This document shows, one piece after another, positions 19,248-30,348 of a DNA stretch of 64,000 bases. The stretch covers positions 1 to 64,000 of the forward strand of contig JAYUEN010000029.1 of assembly GCA_043739185.1 (NCBI GenBank). Reading direction: 5' to 3'. The notes beneath the pieces are model-generated. The model worked only from the letters and a program-made list of their open reading frames with translations. It was not told where the DNA came from and searched no databases. The stretch is from Bdellovibrionales bacterium (GTDB lineage: Bacteria; Bdellovibrionota; Bdellovibrionia; Bdellovibrionales; JAMPXM01). The translations under genes and the position numbers were made by a program. Position 1 is the stretch's first letter. The number at the start of each line of letters is the position of its first letter.

Positions 19248-20354
19248 TTACTTAATTGTTTTAATAAATTCAATAATTGCAGTGATATCTTCGTCGGTGA
19301 CTTGACCTTTAAAAACCGGCATGACCCCCGACGGGAATGTCTTTACGATTTTGGCGTTTGGATCTAGTATTGATTCACGAACATAATCTTCGTTGACCGT
19401 TACTTTTTGCCCATCGGCCATTTCTTCACTTCGACCCCAGAGTCCTTTGAAAGTAGGGCCTACTACTCGAGAGCCATCTAAACTATGACAACCGATACAA
19501 GCTTTGCCGGCATACAAGGCACGGCCTTTTTCTGCGAGTGAAAGTGCGCCACCAGCTTCTGAAGACAACCATTTTTCAAAGTCTTCAGGAGAAACAACCT
19601 TGACCATTGCGCGCATGCTTGAATGCCCACCGCCACAATACTCCGCACAGAAAACATAAAAATCGCCGAGTTTGTCAGCCTTAAAGGTCAAAGCGGTATA
19701 GCGACCCGGAACCACGTCTTGCTTTACGCGAAAGGCAGGTACGAAGAAACTATGAATGACGGCGCGATCACCGGGATCGGTTGATTCTGGATTGATTTTG
19801 GTTGAGGACATAATGAGTTTTACATTTCGACCCATCGGCACAACAAGAGTTGCAGGAACTTTATTATTACTTGCATCCATTGAAGTGACGGACTCTTTGC
19901 CATTCTTGTAAACAAACTTCCAATCCCACTTTTTAGCAAAGACATGAACTTCTAAAGAGTCGGCGGGATAGCTTCGCATTTGATCATAAACATACCAGCC
20001 CCAAGCAAATACAAACATAAAGATGACAAACGGAATAAAGCTCCACAAAAATTCAAGCGTGTGATTGTGGGTGATATAAGCTGACTTCTGATTGGTCGGA
20101 GATCTCTTGTACTTAATGACAAAATAGATCATGCCGCCAACGACTATAATAAATGAGATGAGGCTCGACCAAAGCAAGAAGGAATAAATATTGTCGACCT
20201 GAACGGCGACTTCAGTCGCTTGTGGCGGCATAAAAACATCACCATCAGCCCTGGCCACAGATTTCAAAAATAATCCATTTAGCAATAATGCTAGGAAACC
20301 AAATCGAGACAAGCCCTTCACAATCCACTCCTTCACGTCCGCTCCTTCAATCAC
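19248..20354 (-). CDS. ctaC: Cytochrome c oxidase subunit II with fused cytochrome c (caa3)
   Basis: CuA motif CAEYCGGGHSSM plus C-terminal CIGCH. Confidence 0.95.
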   Translation of the reverse strand: MIEGADVKEWIVKGLSRFGFLALLLNGLFLKSVARADGDVFMPPQATEVAVQVDNIYSFLLWSSLISFIIVVGGMIYFVIKYKRSPTNQKSAYITHNHTLEFLWSFIPFVIFMFVFAWGWYVYDQMRSYPADSLEVHVFAKKWDWKFVYKNGKESVTSMDASNNKVPATLVVPMGRNVKLIMSSTKINPESTDPGDRAVIHSFFVPAFRVKQDVVPGRYTALTFKADKLGDFYVFCAEYCGGGHSSMRAMVKVVSPEDFEKWLSSEAGGALSLAEKGRALYAGKACIGCHSLDGSRVVGPTFKGLWGRSEEMADGQKVTVNEDYVRESILDPNAKIVKTFPSGVMPVFKGQVTDEDITAIIEFIKTIK

Positions 20355-21184
20355 TTCCCAAATCTTCGGTTCTTCAAAACATTGGGAAGAATCACAACTA
20401 GTAGTAACAACGCTGTCAACGCCCCTGCAATTCGTGCAATTTTCATTACCGCTGGACTAAATTTTCCGGTCTTATTATCCCAGTGAAAACAAAATAACAT
20501 CAATGAATCGACGACATTGCTTATACCGCCGCCTCGAGCCTCAATGAGCGAAAGTTTCAAGGTCTGAGAATCAAATTGAACACCCTTGAGATAGCGAGAG
20601 ATTTTTTCGTCTGGCGTTACAACATAGGCGGCTGAGGCATGGGCAAACTGTTTTTCCTCAGGCGCCCAACGAAATGAAAAACCAACTTGTTTTGCCAAGG
20701 CATCAACTGAATTTTTGTCGCCAGTTAAAAAATGCCAGCCTTCAGCTGCGCCAACTCTTCCGAACGCAGCAACCATATTGTCTTTTTTTGCTTTAGCCAA
20801 AGGAGGCTTCTCTTTAATGTCGAAACTGACGACGACCCAATCATAATCTTTGCCAGGAACCAAATCGATGCCTTTAAGCCCCTCGCTGAGTCCATTTAAG
20901 TGATAATTACACAAGCCTGGACATGCATAATATGCCAAATCAAGCAATACGGGTCTGCCAGCTTTAAAAAAGTCTCCGAGTTTTACCTTTGCGCCATTTT
21001 CATCAGTAAAAATGAGGTTGGGATCAACTTTTTCACCAAGATGCTCAACAATTGCCAAGCCATCAAATTCCTTTGGTGTTTCATTTTCAGTTCCCGCCTT
21101 CAAATTGCTTTCACGTGCAAGCGCAAGATGCGCCACGCAAGCCAGTAATAGGATGATGAGAATTTTGAAATGATGACTCTTCAT
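20351..21184 (-). CDS. SCO family copper chaperone
   Basis: YYACPGLC motif, WHFLTG and AHASA. Confidence 0.9.
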   Translation of the reverse strand: MKSHHFKILIILLLACVAHLALARESNLKAGTENETPKEFDGLAIVEHLGEKVDPNLIFTDENGAKVKLGDFFKAGRPVLLDLAYYACPGLCNYHLNGLSEGLKGIDLVPGKDYDWVVVSFDIKEKPPLAKAKKDNMVAAFGRVGAAEGWHFLTGDKNSVDALAKQVGFSFRWAPEEKQFAHASAAYVVTPDEKISRYLKGVQFDSQTLKLSLIEARGGGISNVVDSLMLFCFHWDNKTGKFSPAVMKIARIAGALTALLLLVVILPNVLKNRRFGK

Positions 21185-21186
21185 TT

Positions 21187-21759
21187 TTAATCCAGTGTAG
21201 GTGCTACTTTTTTCAATTTTGCTTCATCATCGGCAACTTTATTTTGGGTAATTGAACGAATAAATGCGACCAATGCCCAACGATCGCCTTTTTTAATCGT
21301 AGCCTTCCAGGAGGCCATTGAGCCGCCGGGAATACCATTCTGAATGACATCATATAGACCGAGCGAGGTTCCGCCCTTTTTCCATTTGCCTTCAATTAAA
21401 TTTCTGGGTTTTGGATTCAAACTTGCGCCGGCAACGCCGTCGCCCTTACCTTCAGCTCCATGGCACATGGCACAGCTGGTTTGAAATACTTGTTTGCCAT
21501 GGTTGACGATTTCAGGAGTTGAAATCCATGGCTCTTTTATCGTCGCCATATCTAGTTCTGCAACTTTTTGTGCAGGCGCAGCTCCACCAGGGTTCGCTTG
21601 TGCCGACTCATTAATTTCTTTTAAATCAATTCCTTTTGATAGAAATACAAGAGCGATAAAAAAACCTATGGTGAAAACCATGGTGAAAATAAAAACTTTC
21701 ATTCCCGCTGGATCTACATCATTTTGTCCGAAATCATTTGGATCTTTATCAGATGCCAT
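21187..21759 (-). CDS. Membrane-anchored monoheme cytochrome c
   Basis: TM helix, CAMCH, distal Met; AGGAGAGG RBS before ATG 21759. Confidence 0.9.
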   Translation of the reverse strand: MASDKDPNDFGQNDVDPAGMKVFIFTMVFTIGFFIALVFLSKGIDLKEINESAQANPGGAAPAQKVAELDMATIKEPWISTPEIVNHGKQVFQTSCAMCHGAEGKGDGVAGASLNPKPRNLIEGKWKKGGTSLGLYDVIQNGIPGGSMASWKATIKKGDRWALVAFIRSITQNKVADDEAKLKKVAPTLD

Positions 21760-22092
21760 TCGCCTCTCCTCTAAATTCAGCTCATTCACATACAAACGAA
21801 AAACATTTTCAATACCGAAACTAGGACGCCAAAATTTTAAGTATTGGCGCTATAGCCAAACTTAGCAAAGAGGCAAAACTCGCATTTCGTCATCATCGCT
21901 TGCAAGATAAAAAAAAATAATTCAGTCAATAAATCTCATCTTGGTTTAATTAAATCAAGAAAATCTCATATTTATAGGTTTTTCTTTTTGCCAGGGGCGG
22001 TGCCCCCTTGTTTGCAAATCGCAGCGTGATTTTTAGGCAATATTTTGACGAAGTTAAATTTTTTTTGAGCTCGAAAAGTTAAGGGAGACAAT

Positions 22093-22893
22093 TCAAACGC
22101 GAAACCAATCACAAGTGAGACATGCGAGCTCCTCAGCTTTTGAAGGCCCCACTAGGTTTCTCTGTCTGTCGATCAATTTCAAAATGAGAGCTTTAACCTC
22201 CTCAAAATCGGTGAGGCTTAGTGATTGAATCGCCGTATAGTGAACCCCATCCGACTCTTCAAGTTGACTGTCCATGATGGCACGACTCCGCCAATTCTGA
22301 TGATTCGCGCCCGTGAGGAGTGAGCGCTTAGGCAAATGCATTCCCTTACCGCTCGGAAGCCAATCCAAGCCCTGCCTCTTGACCAGATTCAAGCGCTCCA
22401 ACTTTTCAAGTTGTGAGCGCACCAGTTGGAACGACAAATTCAGGCGCTGACCAATGGATTCGATTTTTCTAAAAGCTTCAATATCGACCAATATGTGAAT
22501 GGCAGATGTCATCCAATTTGAATAATAAAGAGCTTGAGCTTCTACATCTTGAAAAGAATTAGAACGAAATCGCTGCTCTAGATTTGCCTGTGAGGTTTTG
22601 ATTTCACTAAGGCGATTTGTTATTTTTTTCACAAGCGGTGGAAAGCTTGTTCGTCCGAGATGCACAAGCTGAATTAAGTATTCACTTTCGCTTTCACTCA
22701 AATTCCAGAATAGGGCGAGTTTCATGGCATGTTCGGGTGTAAAATGAACTTGTCCTCTTATGACTTGAGAAAGATAAGATTTTTGGCAACCCACCTCTTT
22801 TGCTAAAAGTGTCAGGTATCCACGTTTTTCAGAATTTTCTTTAATTTGTGATTTTAGAAGCTCTTGGTAGTCGCCAAACTCAAATATATTCAT
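22093..22893 (-). CDS. TIGR02147/DUF4423-family HTH-like protein
   Basis: MNIFEFGDYQELL...SYLSQVIRG...YYSNW...NWRSRA pattern. Confidence 0.8.
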   Translation of the reverse strand: MNIFEFGDYQELLKSQIKENSEKRGYLTLLAKEVGCQKSYLSQVIRGQVHFTPEHAMKLALFWNLSESESEYLIQLVHLGRTSFPPLVKKITNRLSEIKTSQANLEQRFRSNSFQDVEAQALYYSNWMTSAIHILVDIEAFRKIESIGQRLNLSFQLVRSQLEKLERLNLVKRQGLDWLPSGKGMHLPKRSLLTGANHQNWRSRAIMDSQLEESDGVHYTAIQSLSLTDFEEVKALILKLIDRQRNLVGPSKAEELACLTCDWFRV

Positions 22894-23006
22894 ATATGAG
22901 GTTGTTTGTTACTAAGTTAGTTCCACAGTTGATACTATTTTAATAAAATTGATCTATCGCATCATAACAATCAATGCTATAAGGATAAAAAATAAAAGGA
23001 GCATTT

Positions 23007-23411
23007 ATGGAACTCAAATTATTAATTGTCAGTATTTTTAGTTTTTCGAACTTGGCCTTTGCAGGAACTATTTCTTCGGGTGGTCATATTGGCTATCTCT
23101 ATAGCGCCGTTTGCCATACGCGAAATCTGAGTCATTTCGTTTACGTAGGCTTAAAGGACCAGCAAAATAAATTTAAGGTTGAAATTCGCAATCAAGACTC
23201 AACCGATCCCGCGAGCCTCTTGAGATCGCTAAGCGCTCACCAGAATTTTACCCAAGCTCAAGGCGCACATTTTTCTGTTAGCGGAAAAGACTTTTCAATT
23301 GATATACGAACGGACCTTCGAATTCCGGGTGGAGCCGGAGCGCCAGGATCGGTTAATATGATAATATCAGGCAAACCAATCGTTCAAGACATTGCCTGCG
23401 AAGTTTTTTAA
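23007..23411 (+). CDS. Hypothetical secreted protein
   Basis: AAGGAG RBS, signal peptide ending AFA, one Cys near each end. Confidence 0.75.
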   Translation: MELKLLIVSIFSFSNLAFAGTISSGGHIGYLYSAVCHTRNLSHFVYVGLKDQQNKFKVEIRNQDSTDPASLLRSLSAHQNFTQAQGAHFSVSGKDFSIDIRTDLRIPGGAGAPGSVNMIISGKPIVQDIACEVF

Positions 23412-23441
23412 CCAGGTCAAATTCACATTCCGCATTTTTAT

Positions 23442-23469
23442 AAAGGAGGCCATTGAGTCTCCTTTTTTT
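23442..23469 (+). terminator. Intrinsic terminator
   Basis: AAAGGAGGC...GTCTCCTTT stem followed by a T-tract. Confidence 0.75.
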
Positions 23470-23725
23470 ATTTCTCACTTGGACTGAAGGTTTTTGCTTC
23501 AATTCATTGCTAGTTCAATTATGAAACCATTTGAATAAATTTCAGTTTTTTGTGGTTCAATAGTGGAGCTGCTTTCATGGCCACAGTTTTATAGACGCGC
23601 CTGCTTCGTCGGCAGCGTAATTTTCATAAGCTGAAGTCAGGCATACTTCTGGCAATATCCTCGCTCAATAGGCCTCTTATACTAAATAAAAAAACATTCT
23701 CGAAAGAGAAGAAAAGGATTATCTT

Positions 23726-24121
23726 ATGAAAAATTTAGCGTTGCTCGCACTGGTTTCTGTTCTTCAAGTAAGCCCAGCTTTTGCACTTGTTCGCATGGTT
23801 GAAGCTTGTCACACCTCTAACGGTGAATACAGCATCAGCATTATCGACAACCAAGGAATCGGCCCAGTTCGTAAGAGCCACTATGTTGCAACAGTTTCAG
23901 ATAGCACGGGCAATCCAATTGCAAGCTACAATGTCAATCCTCCTCCTGCAGTTCAGTCTGCTAGCTTTGGCAGAAGTCCATATACCGATGTACTGACTCA
24001 AGGACATCAATTTAGCTTGGCTTTCCCTTCGACAAATTTCAATCATACTTCGGTTCTCTTTGCCATTCAAAATGGCAATGTTTACCGAAGCGATGATGTT
24101 GTTTGTAATCACCTTTTATAA
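23726..24121 (+). CDS. Hypothetical secreted protein
   Basis: Signal peptide ending AFA, one Cys near each end, size similar to the upstream gene. Confidence 0.75.
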   Translation: MKNLALLALVSVLQVSPAFALVRMVEACHTSNGEYSISIIDNQGIGPVRKSHYVATVSDSTGNPIASYNVNPPPAVQSASFGRSPYTDVLTQGHQFSLAFPSTNFNHTSVLFAIQNGNVYRSDDVVCNHLL

Positions 24122-24342
24122 GTTTAAAAATGACTGTGCCTTCGCGCTTCGCGAAGGCTCACTCCTCCTCTAGAAACATAAGGAACCAAAGAATTCTCTA
24201 ATACCTTTCCCAATCTAGGCTTTGAATAGGCCATTTTTGAACTGATTTATTGCTAAAAAACCCATTCGACTTGCGCCTTTAATATTTGAATGTTACCTGC
24301 TGCCTCGGGGATTCATTGATTTTCAAACGGGTGGGGGTTTAC

Positions 24343-26055
24343 TTGAAAGAAATATCGTTCCGAATTATCGCATTATCTTTTAGCTTCTTTTTGGTCACGG
24401 CTTGCTCACTGCAAGAAACGCCTTCAAATATTCAGGGTTTCGCGGGAGCACTTCGCCCATTGACTTCGAACGAACGCGCACAAGATTTTGATCAAATGAT
24501 CACGCTCTTTAAAGATTATTATGGTCCATACAGCTACAAGGAAAAAACCCTCGGCATAAAAATTGAAACTTTGGCTGCGGATTTAAAAGTTAAAGCCATG
24601 GCTGCCCAAACCGACGAAGAATTTGCAGGCTATGTTATGCAATTCGGTGCCGCGCTTAAAGATGGCCATGTGCAGATAGCTATCGAAAATACTTCAACAG
24701 GAGTTTCAAAATATTCAATTCCACTTATCCTAACTCCCGTTGAAGGCAAAGCGATGGTAGGAAATGTTGATCCCGATCTAGCAAAGGCATTTCAAATCAA
24801 TTATGGAGACGAAGTTCTAGAAGTCGATGGCAAAAGCCCATTCAATTACTATTTGCCTATTGCACTTAAGTATCGCTCATTGGCGCGCACTGAAAGTGAG
24901 CAACATTATATTATTTATTCTCTTTATAGACCCTCATATATGACCGAACTAAAACCGACTGAAAGAATGGTCCGCCTGAAACTTAAAAAAGCAGATGATA
25001 GCATCAATATTGTCGATATCCCTTGGCAAGAATCAAAGTACAACAAAGATCTTGATGGTCTCATGCCTGTTCACGGTGATTTTGATATGCGAGTGCCGTT
25101 TGCAAATGATCTCAATCACGTGGTTCAGAATAATATCAAACAAATGGGCGATGTGAATCCGTTCTTTCTCACTCCACCTGTTCAATCGGTATTTAATTTT
25201 GTAAAAGTTTATCCGAGCGATGCGGCTCGCAAAAAATTTGAGCTGGCTGAAAAAGAAACTCCACCGATTTATGCTGCTCTTTACAAATTTAAAGGCAAAA
25301 GTATTTTACTGGTCCGCCAAGCAACTTATAGCCCTTCGGATTTTTCAAGTGCCGTCTATATGAAGGCGTATATGGCCTTAATGAGTGAGTATCAGGATCT
25401 GGCTGATGTCTTGGTTCTAGATCAAACCCATAATCCTGGCGGCAGCTATTGCGCAGATTTTTACAATTTGTTTTCACGAGATCAGGATGTTCAATCTGCT
25501 GAGCTCTTGCATGCCGATCGAAAATGGATCAATGATTTAAAAGTAAACTATGTTTTGCAAAATCCTCATCCTCCAATTTGGGATGCCTTGAGCCTTGAAA
25601 GCTGGGGACTCTCTGTTGAACAGGCCTACGATGCGGGTCAAAGTCTCTCGATACCAATTCCACTATTTACCGGAAGTTTTTATGTTACAAAGCCAAACTT
25701 TCGCTGGTCAAAACCGATGCTGGTATTGATTGATGAATTGGCTGGTAGCTGCGGCGATATGTTTCCGATGATTGTAAAAGCCAATAAACGTTCACAAATC
25801 TTTGGTCAAAGAACTATGGGCTTGGGCGGAAACGTTGAAGAGGTTGGCGTCTTAAGTAATTCTCGGATTAAATTGAGTCTCACGCGCGGAATGTTTTATC
25901 CCTACAATCCAAATCGTGGGCCACTTGATTCTGAATTTATCGAAAATAATGGGGTCACTCCTGATCTTCCTTATACTCATACCGTAGAGGACTATCGAGG
26001 GGGCTTTTTAAAGTATGTGAAGAGCTTCAGCGAGGCGGCGATCCTTCAACACTAA
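24343..26055 (+). CDS. S41 peptidase with PDZ, CPAF-like lipoprotein (start uncertain; ORF track begins 24286)
   Basis: Lipobox VTAC, LKDGHV, DQTHNPGG, catalytic GSCGDMFP, TMGLGG and IENNGVTPD. Confidence 0.85.
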   Translation: MKEISFRIIALSFSFFLVTACSLQETPSNIQGFAGALRPLTSNERAQDFDQMITLFKDYYGPYSYKEKTLGIKIETLAADLKVKAMAAQTDEEFAGYVMQFGAALKDGHVQIAIENTSTGVSKYSIPLILTPVEGKAMVGNVDPDLAKAFQINYGDEVLEVDGKSPFNYYLPIALKYRSLARTESEQHYIIYSLYRPSYMTELKPTERMVRLKLKKADDSINIVDIPWQESKYNKDLDGLMPVHGDFDMRVPFANDLNHVVQNNIKQMGDVNPFFLTPPVQSVFNFVKVYPSDAARKKFELAEKETPPIYAALYKFKGKSILLVRQATYSPSDFSSAVYMKAYMALMSEYQDLADVLVLDQTHNPGGSYCADFYNLFSRDQDVQSAELLHADRKWINDLKVNYVLQNPHPPIWDALSLESWGLSVEQAYDAGQSLSIPIPLFTGSFYVTKPNFRWSKPMLVLIDELAGSCGDMFPMIVKANKRSQIFGQRTMGLGGNVEEVGVLSNSRIKLSLTRGMFYPYNPNRGPLDSEFIENNGVTPDLPYTHTVEDYRGGFLKYVKSFSEAAILQH

Positions 26056-26068
26056 GGTGTCACTAGGT

Positions 26069-27742
26069 CTAGCGCTTTGGACGATTTGAATCGCTGCCAG
26101 AGGCCTTTTTTAGATCGAAGGCCTCTAGTTTAAATTTTGGACTAAACTTTGAGTTCACTGCCAACTCAACATTTGAACTGTCATTTAACTGAACAATTTT
26201 GTGGCCTGCATCTTGGGTCAATTGCTCCCGACCGAGAATCTGATAAAGTTCTTTTATCTGAGTATTTAAATTCACAGACTTTTGCGAAAGCTCCTGGCTG
26301 CTTTTCGCAATTGCTTCAGAATTCATAACTTGAGACTCCGTTGCTTGATTGAGAAAACCAATGCGACTGGATACCTGCCGGATTCCATGACTTTGCTCTC
26401 GAGAGGTCTGCAATACAAATTCACAACTCTCGAGGATTTTTTCCGTTGATTTGATAAGCTCGCGCATTTTCCTTACGGCTAAATCGCAGAGTTCCGCACC
26501 TTTTTTTACTCGGAGCCGATTGACGTCGATGACCTCCCTTGATTCTTTCATGGCCAATTTTACTATTGCGGCGACTTCAATTGCCGACTTTCCGCTTAAG
26601 GCTGCAAGGTTTCCTACTTCTTGAGCGACGACCCCAAATCCTCGCCCCATTTCTCCCGCACGCTCAGCCTCTACGGATGCATTGAAGGACAAAATTTTTG
26701 TTTGAAATGCAATATCGTCAATGACTTCGGTTTTCTCTCCGATTTCATGAATTCGAGTTGCAAATACTTCGATCTCTTCATTGGATTGCAAAATTTCTTT
26801 CATCGACTCTGAAAGCGAAACAATCGTAACATTGGTTTCTTGCGAAAGCCCTCGAGCATATTGAGCACAATCGAGACTTCCTTGCGTATTTTCGACATTC
26901 TTCTCAATGTTTTCAGCAATCTCTTCAAGCGAGACCGAAGTCATTTTAAAAGTTTGCGACTGCAAAACTGATTTTTCTGAAAGCTGTAAGGTATTTTGCG
27001 AAAGAACTTCGGATAGGTTTGTAACTTTTTGAATCGACTTTTCTAACTTAATTGCAAATTGGCGCAATTTTTTCGTCACCAAAAAAATCAGTCCCGGCGC
27101 GCAGATCCAAAAGAGTCCAAGCAAAAAGAAAGTCGTTATTGCAGATTTTGCAGCTATGGCGGGGCGATTGTTTTTTTGTCCGTGCGCTACCAAAAGGGGC
27201 CGAAACTGAGCAAACATTTTTTCAACCTGAAAAGTAGCAGGACTAAGCTTAGTCTGAAAAGCTTTTTTAGCGAGCAGATCAGATTCAAATTTAGATTCTT
27301 TAACTAAAGATAAAAATTCTTGAGATTTCTGTGCCAGCTCTTCTAAGTCCGTGTGAGTTGCGGCGAGATGTTCTCTGGTTTGATCGCTCCATTTTAAACT
27401 CTGCAGTTTTTCGATTTTGAGTAGCGCATTTTTGAGATTTACTTCAGAGCTTTCAAGTAGATGAATTCTCGCATTTGGATCGAGGTCGGTTAATAGCGCC
27501 TGAAGCGCATCGGCGCGAAATTCACCAAGTGCGACATTTGCATCCCCAAAATTTTGAATAGCTATACCTTGTTCAGAAAGTACTTCCTTCTTTTGAGTCT
27601 GCTCAGCATTTGTTAAAGCGGAATTATAGAGATACATCGCAAGCTGAGTGCCTGCACTTAATACTAAAATCATAATCAATTTAAGTTTTATGCCCCTAAA
27701 CCAGCTTAAAAAATTCAAAGCAAGACTCCGTTTCAATTTCAC
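26069..27742 (-). CDS. Methyl-accepting chemotaxis protein
   Basis: Two TM helices and [33 protein letters not shown] signalling hairpin. Confidence 0.93.
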   Translation of the reverse strand: MKLKRSLALNFLSWFRGIKLKLIMILVLSAGTQLAMYLYNSALTNAEQTQKKEVLSEQGIAIQNFGDANVALGEFRADALQALLTDLDPNARIHLLESSEVNLKNALLKIEKLQSLKWSDQTREHLAATHTDLEELAQKSQEFLSLVKESKFESDLLAKKAFQTKLSPATFQVEKMFAQFRPLLVAHGQKNNRPAIAAKSAITTFFLLGLFWICAPGLIFLVTKKLRQFAIKLEKSIQKVTNLSEVLSQNTLQLSEKSVLQSQTFKMTSVSLEEIAENIEKNVENTQGSLDCAQYARGLSQETNVTIVSLSESMKEILQSNEEIEVFATRIHEIGEKTEVIDDIAFQTKILSFNASVEAERAGEMGRGFGVVAQEVGNLAALSGKSAIEVAAIVKLAMKESREVIDVNRLRVKKGAELCDLAVRKMRELIKSTEKILESCEFVLQTSREQSHGIRQVSSRIGFLNQATESQVMNSEAIAKSSQELSQKSVNLNTQIKELYQILGREQLTQDAGHKIVQLNDSSNVELAVNSKFSPKFKLEAFDLKKASGSDSNRPKR

Positions 27743-27760
27743 ATAGATCTCTATTTAAGA

Positions 27761-27781
27761 TTTCGGAGTTACTAAGCTTTA
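27761..27781 (-). promoter_or_regulatory. Sigma28-like promoter of the MCP gene
   Basis: TAAA-N11-CCGAAA about 20 nt upstream of the start; MCP genes are typical FliA targets. Confidence 0.5.
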
Positions 27782-27859
27782 ACCTAAATTTTTTAGAGGT
27801 TTTTCACGATTAACTGTGAGCGAGGTCTTGGGCGGATTTGCCTGACGGTTTGATTCGAA

Positions 27860-29191
27860 CTACTTCTTTTCGAAAATCATCTTTAGTCGAGCTAGACTAC
27901 TAGACAAAAATTCAGGTTCTTTAAAAAATACGATACCCATAAAAACGAGATTCGCCATTGCGAGTACCAGAAATACTTGGGGCACACTCCATTTTTGCTT
28001 CAACAGCTGCATAAGTAAAACCGCTGCCAGAACCATAAAGACCGCATTGAGCACATTGTTGGCTGCAATGATTCGAGACCTAACTTCGCTTTGGGTGCGA
28101 ACCTGCAATAGTGTGTAGAGGGGAACGATAAAAAATCCGCTGAATAGCGACAACAAGAGCAGATCAAATACGATCCGAAAAGAAGCTGTAGATTCAAAAA
28201 ATTTTGCAATATTGAGATAATTCTCAGCCGTAGGCACAACTAGATTTGGCTGACCGACAAAAAAGAGATCGAAGCTAAATAGACTCATACCGAGAGTCCC
28301 AAAAACCACCAAACTTAAATCGACATTTTTTCCGGTTAATTTCTCACAAAAGAGTGAGCCCACACCAATTCCTATCGAAAAAATGGCTAAGAATAAGGTT
28401 ACAATCGATGCCCCTGCGCCTAAAACTTCTTTGCAATAGATCGGAAAGAGCGAGAGCATGACCGCACCAAAAAACCAAAACCAAGAAATTGAATAAATCG
28501 AAAAAAGGACCGAAGAATTTTGCTTCGCAAGCTGAAAAACTTTTAAGGTTGGGGTCACAGGATTCCAATTAATTTGAATTTTTGAATCGACCGCAGGAGC
28601 TTTCGGAACAAAACGGCTCATTATAAATCCCAGAATCGCAACAACGAGGAGTCCTATACTTACTATAATATTAGCATGTGCTTCGAGATTAATGAGAACG
28701 CCGCCGCATATGGTACCGAGTAGAATTGCCAGAAAAGTTCCGGCTTCAATAAGAGCGTTGCCGGCTAACATTTCTTCATTTTTCAAATGCTGGGGCAAAA
28801 TACTATATTTCACCGGACCAAAAAATGCCGAGTGTGTCCCCATTAAAAAAAGCACCAGAAGCAAAAAGGGAAACTGCTCAAATACCAATCCTACAAAGGC
28901 CAAAGTCATAATTAAAATTTCTGCGAACTTAATAATTGAAATAATTTTAGTCTTTTCAAATTTGTCAGCAATTTGCCCTGAAGTTGCAGAAAATAGAAAA
29001 AACGGCAAAATGAATATTGCACCAGAAAGCGCAACCATTTGAGAAGAGGCAATTCCCATGATTTGCTGAGCTTTGTAGTTGATCAAAATCACCAGCGCGT
29101 TTTTGAAAAAATTATCGTTGAATGCGCCCAGAAACATTGTCCAAAAAATGGGGTAAAATTTCTTTTCTGTGAGAAGTCTAAACTGACTCAA
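27860..29191 (-). CDS. MFS transporter (LplT/Aas-associated type)
   Basis: FLGAFNDNFFKN, FGPVKYSILP and RIIAANN motifs. Confidence 0.88.
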   Translation of the reverse strand: MSQFRLLTEKKFYPIFWTMFLGAFNDNFFKNALVILINYKAQQIMGIASSQMVALSGAIFILPFFLFSATSGQIADKFEKTKIISIIKFAEILIMTLAFVGLVFEQFPFLLLVLFLMGTHSAFFGPVKYSILPQHLKNEEMLAGNALIEAGTFLAILLGTICGGVLINLEAHANIIVSIGLLVVAILGFIMSRFVPKAPAVDSKIQINWNPVTPTLKVFQLAKQNSSVLFSIYSISWFWFFGAVMLSLFPIYCKEVLGAGASIVTLFLAIFSIGIGVGSLFCEKLTGKNVDLSLVVFGTLGMSLFSFDLFFVGQPNLVVPTAENYLNIAKFFESTASFRIVFDLLLLSLFSGFFIVPLYTLLQVRTQSEVRSRIIAANNVLNAVFMVLAAVLLMQLLKQKWSVPQVFLVLAMANLVFMGIVFFKEPEFLSSSLARLKMIFEKK

Positions 29192-30288
29192 GTGAGAAGT
29201 TCTTCAGGGACTGAGCCCTCAAGTATGGCCTTTGCTAGTTTAATATGATCCGGATGACCTACTAAACGAGTCATATTTTGAGCATCCATCTGTTGCGGAT
29301 CCAAACTATTCTTTTTTAAATCTAATACCATTTTATGATTTTCTCTTAAGATATCCTGAGAAATCGATTTATCTGCGATTGCCTTTTCAATAATTTCAAA
29401 TGCCTGCGGGGGCGATTCGAATTCGTTACAAAACAGAAGTATATTACAGCCGGCCTTTAGCGAGCCCAATACGATGGTCTTCAAATCATAATGCTTGGTA
29501 AGCGCTTTCATCCCAAGATCATCGGTTACTATCAAATTACGATATCTTAGCTTTTGTCTGAGAATATCTGTGATCATCTTTTTAGAAAGTGTTACCGGCC
29601 AGTCTGGATCAATTTTTGAAAATTTAATATGAGAGGTCATAATCATATCGAGACGCGCTCGAATTACTTTTTTAAAGGGAATAAGCTCGCAGTTCTCTAG
29701 CTCTTCGAGAGTACGAATCTCGACTGGCAATTCTTCATGGCTATCGAGCAATGTATTGCCGTGACCAGGAAAATGTTTGGCGACCGGGATGATTCCTGAT
29801 TTGATATAACCTCGCACCACCGCTGAAGCTATTTTTGCCACCTCTTCAGGATTGTGAGAAATGGCACGATCTCCGATCACGGTGTTTTTAGCATTTGTTA
29901 AAACATCAACTGAAGGTGCAAAATTTAAATTAATGCCGACTGACTTGAGTTCAGCCCCCATTGAAGATGCGAATTTAAAGGCGACCGAAGTGGAGTCAAT
30001 CTTTCCCAATTGAGCCAAGGCTGGCCACTGTGTAAAGGGGGGAGGAAGTCGATGCACTCGACCACCCTCCATATCGACTGAAATAAATAGTGGCGCTTTG
30101 TCAGTCGTCTTGGATCGCAATGAATTTAACTCAGAAGTCAACGCATGCAATTGCTTTGGAGATTCAATATTTCTCTTAAATAGACAAATCCCACCAATAT
30201 TGTGATCTACAATGAACTGACTCTCTTCTTTTAAAAGAGAAGTTCCCTGAATTCCGATTATAAAGTTTTGCCCAATAATATTTTTCAT
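29188..30288 (-). CDS. nagZ: Beta-N-acetylhexosaminidase (GH3)
   Basis: DMEGGRV, KHFPGHG..DSH and TDDLGM motifs. Confidence 0.92.
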   Translation of the reverse strand: MKNIIGQNFIIGIQGTSLLKEESQFIVDHNIGGICLFKRNIESPKQLHALTSELNSLRSKTTDKAPLFISVDMEGGRVHRLPPPFTQWPALAQLGKIDSTSVAFKFASSMGAELKSVGINLNFAPSVDVLTNAKNTVIGDRAISHNPEEVAKIASAVVRGYIKSGIIPVAKHFPGHGNTLLDSHEELPVEIRTLEELENCELIPFKKVIRARLDMIMTSHIKFSKIDPDWPVTLSKKMITDILRQKLRYRNLIVTDDLGMKALTKHYDLKTIVLGSLKAGCNILLFCNEFESPPQAFEIIEKAIADKSISQDILRENHKMVLDLKKNSLDPQQMDAQNMTRLVGHPDHIKLAKAILEGSVPEELLT

Positions 30289-30348
30289 TTTCTTGAAATT
30301 AATATGAACACGTCTCAAAAGAGAAATCAAATATTACAAATTCAAAGC

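Noticed and set aside
22923..23588. Shared CCACAGTT upstream of two secreted genes
   Set aside because: A single 8-mer shared between regions of this size is expected by chance
23639..23654. Sigma54-like GG-N10-GC site
   Set aside because: Both halves deviate from TGGCAC/TTGC; too weak to call
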